NCBI GenBank assembly: GCA_018062765.1
Contig: JAGORR010000001.1
Span: 10,087-74,086 of the forward strand
DNA: 64,000 nucleotides
DNA from: Minisyncoccota bacterium
GTDB lineage: Bacteria > Patescibacteriota > Minisyncoccia > Phycocordibacterales > Phycocordibacteraceae
Direction of reading: 5' to 3'
Shown here: positions 47,076 to 53,461 of the stretch, in pieces
Numbering within the stretch: the stretch's first letter is position 1
How the letters are laid out: each line of letters begins with the position of its first letter
Program-made: the position numbers and the translations under genes
The notes under the pieces: generated by a model
Database searches by the model: none
Told to the model about the DNA's origin: nothing
The model's input: only the letters and a program-made list of their open reading frames with translations

Positions 47076-47083
47076 TGAACCTC

Positions 47084-47494
47084 TTACACCCAAAGAACCA
47101 ACACAAGCGCTATCGCCAATAACTCCACGAATCCGTGCGCCGCATTAAACGCGAACAGCTTGAAGGGCTTGTTCTCCCAGAGGAACCCGCTAGCCAAGGT
47201 GGGCATCACGAGACCAAGCCACATCCAGAACGCGAGCATAAACGCACCTTCGAATCCTTGCGCACCGAACATCACCGCTACGTGCGCGAGGACGTAGGCC
47301 TTCAAGAGTGCGGTAACGATGCCTCCCGCTATAGCCTGCCCTGCCGTAAGCTTCATCGCCTTCATGGATTCAGGCGTATAGCCCATCATGCGGCGCCACG
47401 GCTTTCCAAATACCGGGCCATACCAGAGCGTACCGATGACCATTACCGCGACCGCGGCAGCAAGAACGGCAAGGTAGTTAATCTCGATTTCCAT
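47084..47494 (-). CDS. Hypothetical membrane protein (DUF1761-like, 4 TM)
   Basis: Four hydrophobic helices. Confidence 0.4.
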   Translation of the reverse strand: MEIEINYLAVLAAAVAVMVIGTLWYGPVFGKPWRRMMGYTPESMKAMKLTAGQAIAGGIVTALLKAYVLAHVAVMFGAQGFEGAFMLAFWMWLGLVMPTLASGFLWENKPFKLFAFNAAHGFVELLAIALVLVLWV

Positions 47495-47508
47495 AGGAAG
47501 CAGTAAGA

Positions 47509-48045
47509 ATGGATAACGATGTAAGTATATCGCTGAGAGCGTACGCGCCCGGTGCTATCATGAATAGCGACATGGCGAAGGAACCTCTATTCGAGTGGTA
47601 TGGGATGGAGTACGAGTCCCCAGAGCGCAGCACTGACTGGTACTGGGCGCTCGGCATTATCGCTATCGGCCTTACCATCGCGTGCATCATTTTCGGGAAT
47701 GTTCTCTTGGCGCTCGTCGTCATCGCGGCGGCCGTTTCCGCAGGCATACTCGCTGCGAAGAAGCAGCAGGAGCACCGCTTTCGTCTCACGGACCACGGTC
47801 TCCAGATAGACGACCGTCTCTACCACTTCGATACGATGCTCCACTTCTCCGTCCTCGAGTACCTCGAGAAGGACGTGCCACCTACCCTTTCTATAAAGAC
47901 CCGGAGCATATTCTCCCCGCACCTCCTGATTCCGCTTGGGGGCGTAGACGCAGACGCGGTCTACTCTTATATGTCGAGCCGTATAGAGGAGGGCCGCCAC
48001 GACGAGTCGGTCATGGATCGGCTGGTCGATATGTTCCAGCTGTAG
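47509..48045 (+). CDS. Hypothetical membrane protein (2 TM)
   Basis: Two TM helices. Start uncertain (MDND... or MNSDMAKE...). Confidence 0.35.
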   Translation: MDNDVSISLRAYAPGAIMNSDMAKEPLFEWYGMEYESPERSTDWYWALGIIAIGLTIACIIFGNVLLALVVIAAAVSAGILAAKKQQEHRFRLTDHGLQIDDRLYHFDTMLHFSVLEYLEKDVPPTLSIKTRSIFSPHLLIPLGGVDADAVYSYMSSRIEEGRHDESVMDRLVDMFQL

Positions 48046-48163
48046 TAGAGTCATTTCGTTCACGACCCTGAGGAAGCCCGGACTTCGCTCCTGTACTCAG
48101 AAGTACAGCAGCTCGTTCGGCGAGAAGGAAATCGAGCCAGCTCGTTTCCTTCTGCCTCACTTC

Positions 48164-48235
48164 GCTCCTGTCGTTCAATGGATAGGACGCATCCTTGCGG
48201 AGGATGTAATGTAGGTTCGATTCCTACCAGGAGCA
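48164..48235 (+). tRNA. tRNA-Arg (anticodon GCG as read; unusual)
   Basis: Acceptor GCTCCTG/CAGGAGC, perfect anticodon stem CATCC/GGATG, loop TTGCGGA, T-loop TTCGATT. Confidence 0.65.
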
Positions 48236-48241
48236 CACGAA

Positions 48242-48274
48242 ACGAAGACACCGCCTGCGCGGTGTCTTCGTTTA
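48242..48274 (+). terminator. Hairpin terminator after tRNA-Arg(GCG)
   Basis: ACGAAGACACCGC CTGC GCGGTGTCTTCGT followed by TTTA. Confidence 0.5.
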
Positions 48275-48402
48275 CGTCGTGCTGGCCGGAGCTATGTTTC
48301 GTCAGCAGACGAAACGGGCGAGGCAGGGCCGTGAAAATTCGTGAGCGACGGCGAACGAATTATTCCTGGCCACAAGTGCTAGAGTGTCTGGGTTCGAAAA
48401 CA

Positions 48403-48474
48403 GCTCCCGTCGTTCAATGGATAGGACACTCCCCTCCGAAGGGAGAAATGCAGGTTCGATTCCTGCCGAGAGCA
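48403..48474 (+). tRNA. tRNA-Arg (anticodon CCG)
   Basis: Anticodon stem CTCCC/GGGAG, loop CTCCGAA, T-loop TTCGATT, acceptor GCTCCCG/CGAGAGC with one C-A mismatch. Confidence 0.75.
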
Positions 48475-48700
48475 CCGATGCTAAGGCGCCGAGAGGCGCT
48501 TTTAGCATGTGCTCTCGGAGGAAAGCGTCTGCACGCTTTCCGTCAGGAATCGAAGGGCGCAGCGTTGATTCGCGAGCACGCGAATCCGCGAGCCGGGGTC
48601 GCGAAAAATCCTGCTCGACGGAGCAGGATTTATTCGTGACCGACTCCTGCCGCGAGCACCAAAAGACAAAAGCCCCATGCGGGGCTTTTGTCTTTTGGTT
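48475..48700. repeat. ORF-less hairpin-rich segment (6 consecutive stem-loops) bounded by direct and inverted copies of the tRNA-Arg 3' end; ends with palindromic hairpin element copy B (48657-48698)
   Basis: TCCTGCCGAGAGCACC at 48461-76; inverted TGTGCTCTCGG at 48511-21; direct TCCTGCCGCGAGCACCA at 48643-59. Copy B reads CACCAAAAGACAAAAGCCCC ATGC GGGGCTTTTGTCTTTTGG. Confidence 0.6.
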
Positions 48701-48707
48701 CGAAATC

Positions 48708-48974
48708 TTACTTCCCCACCCGCGCGATAGCCTTTGCGAGCCGCGACTTCTTGCGGTCCGCTGCGTTCGCCTTGATGATGCCGCGCTTTGCAGCCTTATC
48801 AATAGCCTTGAACGCTGCCGGGAGGAGCTTTTCGGCCTCTGCGGCCTTCCCTGCCGCAATAGCCTTCGTGACCTCCTTGGTCTCGTCGGTCAAAGCACGC
48901 TTGCGGCGTACGTTGAAAACGCGCTTCCGGAGAGATGCGCGGTGGGCTTTCTTAGCACCCTTGGTGATTGCCAT
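48708..48974 (-). CDS. rpsT: 30S ribosomal protein S20
   Basis: KKAHRASLRKRVFNVRRK...IIKANAADRKKSRLAKA. Confidence 0.9.
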   Translation of the reverse strand: MAITKGAKKAHRASLRKRVFNVRRKRALTDETKEVTKAIAAGKAAEAEKLLPAAFKAIDKAAKRGIIKANAADRKKSRLAKAIARVGK

Positions 48975-49027
48975 GTGGGGCTAATGTACGCCATTCGGCG
49001 GCAACGCGCAAATGGTAGGATGCTCTC

Positions 49028-49582
49028 ATGATTAGGGAGATTCGCGGGAAGGTCCTTAAAAAGGAGGTTCTCGGCGCCGTCGTCGAGGTCTCGGGGTTTG
49101 GCATATATGTCCACCTCCCCAACCCCATGCTCCTTACCGAGGGTGAGGAAGCGCATATTCTTACCCATCTGGCAGTAAAGCAGGACGGACTCGAGCTCTT
49201 CGGATTTTTGGACGAGGCAGATCGCAAGTTCTTCGAGCTCTCTTTGCAGGTTTCCGGGGTGGGCCCAAAGACGGCAATGTCACTACTCCGCCGTGCGCCG
49301 CGCGAGCGGCTTGAGGAGGCCATCGCAAAGCGCGACCTCGCCTACCTCACCAAGGTCGCAGGCCTCGGAAAAAAGAGCGCGGAAAAGCTGATGGTCGAAA
49401 TTGGCGAGCGCATCGAGACCTCGAATGTATCTCAGGGCGGCGAGGACGGAGAGATCTTCGACACGCTTATCGCACTCGGGTACACGGAACGCGAGGCGCG
49501 CACCGCGCTTTCTCACATTCCTGCTGATATCTCCGGAAAGGATGCGCGGCTTCGCGTCGCGCTTTCCTCTGCAACACGCTGA
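49028..49582 (+). CDS. ruvA: Holliday junction DNA helicase RuvA
   Basis: IRGKVLKKE...ELSLQVSGVGPKTAMSLL HhH motifs. Confidence 0.95.
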   Translation: MIREIRGKVLKKEVLGAVVEVSGFGIYVHLPNPMLLTEGEEAHILTHLAVKQDGLELFGFLDEADRKFFELSLQVSGVGPKTAMSLLRRAPRERLEEAIAKRDLAYLTKVAGLGKKSAEKLMVEIGERIETSNVSQGGEDGEIFDTLIALGYTEREARTALSHIPADISGKDARLRVALSSATR

Positions 49583-50850
49583 TGAATACGCTGAAGCGCA
49601 TCATCAGAAGCCTACTTCCCCGCCGCCTCTACCGCGCACTCCTCTCTCCGTACCACTTTCTCATCTCCCTATTCGCGGCGCTCCGCTACGGATTCCCCGC
49701 ACGACGCCTCACAGTGATACTTGTCACCGGCACCAAGGGAAAATCATCCGTTACTGAGATGCTCTTCACGGTGCTCCGGCACGCGGGCATCCCAGCGGCG
49801 GTCGCGGGCACCATACGATTTGCGATAAACGACGAGTCGCGCGCGAATCTCTACAAGATGACACTACCTGGCCACGGCTTCATCCAGCACTTTTTGGCGG
49901 ACGCCGTGCGCGCGGGCGCAAAAGTAGCGGTAGTCGAGGTAACAAGCGAGGCGGTACTGCAGCACCGACACCGTTTTCTCTCCCCCAACGCGCTTGTTTT
50001 CACGAACCTACAGATGGAACACATCGAGTCGCATGGCTCCTTTGAGAAATACGCAGCAGCGAAGCTCCGCATCGGGTACGAGCTCGCAAAATCAGGGAAA
50101 CGCCCGCGCGCCATCATCGCGAATGCGGATGACAGAGCGAGCGCGCCGTACCTCGCGCTTCCCGTTGAGAATGTTCTCCCGTATCGCTTTGCGGATGTGA
50201 CGAACATGACGGCCGCGCCCGGCAGCGTCTCGTTCACTCACGACGGCACGAACTACCAGATGAGCCTTCCCGGAAGCTTCTCGGTAATGAACGCGCTTGC
50301 GGTTATACGCGCAGCGCGCTTCGCGGGTGTTGCCCCAGAGAAAATCGCGGACGCACTTCGTGCGCTTGAAAGAATCCCAGGCCGCACCGAGCGCATCGAA
50401 GCCGGACAAGATTTCCACGCGATAGTCGACTACGCGCATACGCCAGACTCCCTGAAGGCGCTCTATAGCGCGTACCCGTGCCGCAAGATTTGTGTACTTG
50501 GGAACACTGGCGGCGGACGCGATACATGGAAGCGCCCCTTGATGGGTGCTATCGCGGACGAATCGTGCGAGGAGGTCATCCTCACGAACGAGGACCCGTA
50601 TGACGAAGACCCTGCAAAGATTCTTGAGGCGATGGCAGGAGGTATGAATCGCGAACCACGCATCATCCTCGACCGCCGGGAAGCAATTAAAACAGCGCTC
50701 TCCTTAGCAAAGTCCGGCGACGCCGTACTCGTCACCGGAAAAGGCACGGACCCGTACATCATGGGAGCGAACGGAGAGAAAGTATCGTGGAGCGACGCAG
50801 ACGTGATGCGCGAGGAGCTCGCAAAACTTGTTTCTACGCGGGCGGCGTAA
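49582..50850 (+). CDS. Mur ligase family protein (MurE-like DYAHTPDSL signature; lacks canonical N-terminal UDP-binding domain)
   Basis: P-loop VTGTKGKSS at residue ~48, DYAHTPDSLKALY, Mur C-terminal domain. ATG overlaps the ruvA TGA (ATGA). Confidence 0.7.
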   Translation: MNTLKRIIRSLLPRRLYRALLSPYHFLISLFAALRYGFPARRLTVILVTGTKGKSSVTEMLFTVLRHAGIPAAVAGTIRFAINDESRANLYKMTLPGHGFIQHFLADAVRAGAKVAVVEVTSEAVLQHRHRFLSPNALVFTNLQMEHIESHGSFEKYAAAKLRIGYELAKSGKRPRAIIANADDRASAPYLALPVENVLPYRFADVTNMTAAPGSVSFTHDGTNYQMSLPGSFSVMNALAVIRAARFAGVAPEKIADALRALERIPGRTERIEAGQDFHAIVDYAHTPDSLKALYSAYPCRKICVLGNTGGGRDTWKRPLMGAIADESCEEVILTNEDPYDEDPAKILEAMAGGMNREPRIILDRREAIKTALSLAKSGDAVLVTGKGTDPYIMGANGEKVSWSDADVMREELAKLVSTRAA

Positions 50851-50866
50851 GCTATCATAGGAAACG

Positions 50867-51793
50867 ATGCAGGCGAACGTGCTTCTTGTAGCCGGAGTAA
50901 TCCTTTTTATATTCCTCGCGTGGGCGTCGAGCGGCGGCCCTGAGCGCGCCGCCTCTTGGCAGCCTCTGCTTGGCTCCCCATTTAAGGTTGCGAGCTCCTC
51001 CATTAGTGACACAGGCGCAGAGCGTTCGGAACGCAATGAGGAGCGTGAGCTCTCGCGCATTCAAGAGGAGGTCGTCGATTTGCAGCGCAGCGCCGTATCG
51101 GCCGCTCGCTTTGGCACCCCGTCTGAGTACCGCGACCGCGTGACGCTGTCGCTTGGCACCAGCGCAACGTCTGATGACCCCGATCGCGAGTACGTGACAA
51201 TCACCGTGTCCACACGCGAGGAGGAGCCGGTGAATGTCACGGGTTGGCGCCTCTCTTCAAGCGCGAAGGGGCGGACAATCGCCATCCCCACCGGCGTAAA
51301 CGTGCCACGCTCATCCACCATAAACATCGAGGAGGCAGTCATCCTAAATCCCGGCGACCGCGCCATAGTGGTGGTCGGAGAATCGCCTGTCGGCTACTCG
51401 TTCCGAGAAAACATGTGCACCGGCTACCTCGACCAGTTCCAGGAGTTTTATCCAAAGCTTGCGCACCAGTGCCCTGCTCCGGTCGATGACTTCGATCGCT
51501 TCTACCTCGGAAGCGAGCGACAACTCGACTCATGCCGCGCATTCCTGCGCGGAGAGAATCGCTGCGAAATTCCACGCGACATCCCCTCATCCGTCGGGAA
51601 CGAGTGCGAAAACTTCATCGACACGCACCTGGATTACAACGGCTGCGTTGACATGCACCTCGGAGACCGCGACTTCCTCTCCTCCACCTGGCGCGTCTAC
51701 CTCGAGCGCGAGAGCGGTTTCTTTACGGAAGACCACGACACTCTGAAGCTCCTCGACGCCTCAGGCAAAACTGTCGACCTCGTTTCTTACTAG
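50867..51793 (+). CDS. Hypothetical anchored protein with lamin-tail-domain (LTD)-like segment and Cys-rich C-terminal region
   Basis: N-terminal TM helix. VTGWRLSSSAKGRTIAIPTGVNVP is an LTD-like motif. Confidence 0.35.
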   Translation: MQANVLLVAGVILFIFLAWASSGGPERAASWQPLLGSPFKVASSSISDTGAERSERNEERELSRIQEEVVDLQRSAVSAARFGTPSEYRDRVTLSLGTSATSDDPDREYVTITVSTREEEPVNVTGWRLSSSAKGRTIAIPTGVNVPRSSTINIEEAVILNPGDRAIVVVGESPVGYSFRENMCTGYLDQFQEFYPKLAHQCPAPVDDFDRFYLGSERQLDSCRAFLRGENRCEIPRDIPSSVGNECENFIDTHLDYNGCVDMHLGDRDFLSSTWRVYLERESGFFTEDHDTLKLLDASGKTVDLVSY

Positions 51794-51828
51794 GAAAGAG
51801 AGAGCGAAAGTGCTAAAAATGGCACTAT

Positions 51829-51901
51829 GCGCCCATAGCTCAGTTGGTAGAGCAGCTCCCTTTTAAGGAGTTGGTCCCTGGTTCGAGCCCAGGTGGGCGC
51901 A
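51829..51901 (+). tRNA. tRNA-Lys (anticodon TTT)
   Basis: GCGCCCATAGCTCAGTTGGTAGAGC, anticodon loop CTTTTAA, T-loop TTCGAGC. Confidence 0.85.
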
Positions 51902-51902
51902 C

Positions 51903-51945
51903 AAACACGAAAATCCTGGTCTGCACCAGGATTTTTCGGTTTGTG
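51903..51945 (+). terminator. Rho-independent terminator after tRNA-Lys
   Basis: GAAAATCCTGGTCTGCACCAGGATTTTTC within an extended stem ACAAACACG...CGGTTTGTG. Confidence 0.55.
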
Positions 51946-52189
51946 CGCGGCGGAACCATGTTTTGCGAGCACGCAAAACGGGTGAGCCAGGGTCGTGGCC
52001 TGAAGCGAGTGACGACGAGCTTCAGAGCTATGACCACCAAGTCCTGACGGGAACGTTTATCTCTTTTTCGTGATAAAATATACCTTGTGAGAATTTTTAT
52101 CCCCTCATACAAATCGTCACTACTGGGACTTTCATACGGAATGCTTGCGGTCCTCGCAATAAACTTTTCATTGACGAATCCGTTCGTAG

Positions 52190-52219
52190 TTCCTATACTG
52201 CCTGCAGGCAGTATAGGAA
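52190..52219. repeat. Perfect palindrome (13-bp arms) TTCCTATACTGCC TGCA GGCAGTATAGGAA, 17 bp downstream of the 52229 gene
   Basis: Read directly from the sequence. Candidate bidirectional terminator or protein-binding site. Confidence 0.6.
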
Positions 52220-52228
52220 CATAGAAGC

Positions 52229-52696
52229 TTACTGACCTAAAAATTTTTCTACAAGTCTCCCGAAGCCCGAAAGGGCTGTTTTCTTTACTCTCGGAAAAAG
52301 TGCGTCTATCGATTCTTCCAATTGGTCCACCTGGACTCTTCTGAAGTTAGGCGCCTCGGGACTGACTATTACAAGCTCTGCCTCAGGCCAATATGCCAGT
52401 AGTTGAGCGATTCCGTGAGCGACATTACGACCACTGCTTTCGGCACCACGAAATTTCACCTTTATCAGCGCCACCTGCACCCCTTTTCTATCAAAAACGG
52501 CGAAAGATGGCGCCGTGGTCAAACGTCCTGCAGCTTTCGATTTATTGAGGACCGCGTCTTCACGAGAAATATTTATTAGCAGACCCTCTTGGGAAATTCT
52601 AACTACCTTATATCCCGCATCCGTAAGCAGTAGCTCGACCAAATGCTCTGCGAGCCTTCCCTTAACTAGAGCTTCTGGAGTTATTTGTGGCATGAC
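52229..52696 (-). CDS. Hypothetical protein, ~47% GC, YraN/Hjc-like (PD-(D/E)xK nuclease fold) resemblance; co-operonic with holA
   Basis: True start MPQITPE is 8 nt after the holA stop, with a GGAGGT SD. GYKVV and FAVFDRKGVQVALIKVKF resemble UPF0102/Hjc, but the usual Glu appears replaced. Confidence 0.4.
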   Translation of the reverse strand, partial: VMPQITPEALVKGRLAEHLVELLLTDAGYKVVRISQEGLLINISREDAVLNKSKAAGRLTTAPSFAVFDRKGVQVALIKVKFRGAESSGRNVAHGIAQLLAYWPEAELVIVSPEAPNFRRVQVDQLEESIDALFPRVKKTALSGFGRLVEKFLGQ

Positions 52697-52704
52697 ATTA
52701 GTAA

Positions 52705-53361
52705 CTACCTCCCCACCCCCAAACTCCAACTTTCCAACCCCTCCCCAAACCCCCTCCCTCCGCTCCTCGCCTCTGATTGCAACTCTATAAGTTCCATCGA
52801 TAATTCTCGCGCCTCCTTCGCGCTCCATGCACGCGCGCCCTTAGTCATGATGTCGCGCGCCTTCCAATGCAACAGGCCGTGAATCATCTCGGGTGCATCC
52901 CCTTCCCGCATTGCCGAAACTATCTCTAGCCACAACGCCTTCCCATCACGTGCCGCAAGCGCGTTCACCAACCCGCTATTGAAACCTCTCGACTCCTTCT
53001 TCGCCGCCGCATCAACCGTAAACACCTTCTCTGCATTCCCCTCTAACTTCTTCATTTGCGCCGCAAGAAGCTTGGGTGCCAGTATCGCGATTGCGTTCGG
53101 AGACTCCGCAAGCGTCTTTAAATGCTCCAGCACGGTCTCTCCGCTGTCTTTCAATGAGAAAGGATCATCAACGACAACCAGCGACTTCGAAAAAAAGAGC
53201 CCACTCGCCCCCGCAGCCTGCGATAAACTTTCCGCACTCACCTCCTCCGGAAGAATCCTTATATATGGAGCCTCTGGCGCCTTCGCGCGTGCGGCTGCGA
53301 CCCAGGCAAACGCCTTCTGGCGCGTCCGGTTAACATCGCTACCGGTAAAGAGATAGATCAT
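52705..53361 (-). CDS. holA: DNA polymerase III delta subunit-like (HolA)
   Basis: MIYLFTGSD N-terminus and HolA-like helical C-terminus. Start trimmed to the ATG at 53359-53361. Confidence 0.65.
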   Translation of the reverse strand: MIYLFTGSDVNRTRQKAFAWVAAARAKAPEAPYIRILPEEVSAESLSQAAGASGLFFSKSLVVVDDPFSLKDSGETVLEHLKTLAESPNAIAILAPKLLAAQMKKLEGNAEKVFTVDAAAKKESRGFNSGLVNALAARDGKALWLEIVSAMREGDAPEMIHGLLHWKARDIMTKGARAWSAKEARELSMELIELQSEARSGGRGFGEGLESWSLGVGR

Positions 53362-53461
53362 AGGAAGCGAGGCGCACCGTGTTCGTGGAAGGAGGTTAAG
53401 ACTCGGCCGGTTCGGCCTGGAGAACACGACTGGAACGAATCACGGTGCGGTGAGCGGTTTA

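Noticed and set aside
52262-52283. GAAGCCC GAAA GGGCT + TTTT hairpin that looks like an intrinsic terminator
   Set aside because: It lies inside the coding sequence of the 52229-52696 gene (codes ...ALSGFG...). The true downstream element is the perfect palindrome at 52190-52219.
52697-52828. Gly/Arg-rich N-terminal extension of the 52229 ORF overlapping holA
   Set aside because: It overlaps the holA 3' end and is low complexity. The real start with a GGAGGT SD is at 52696.
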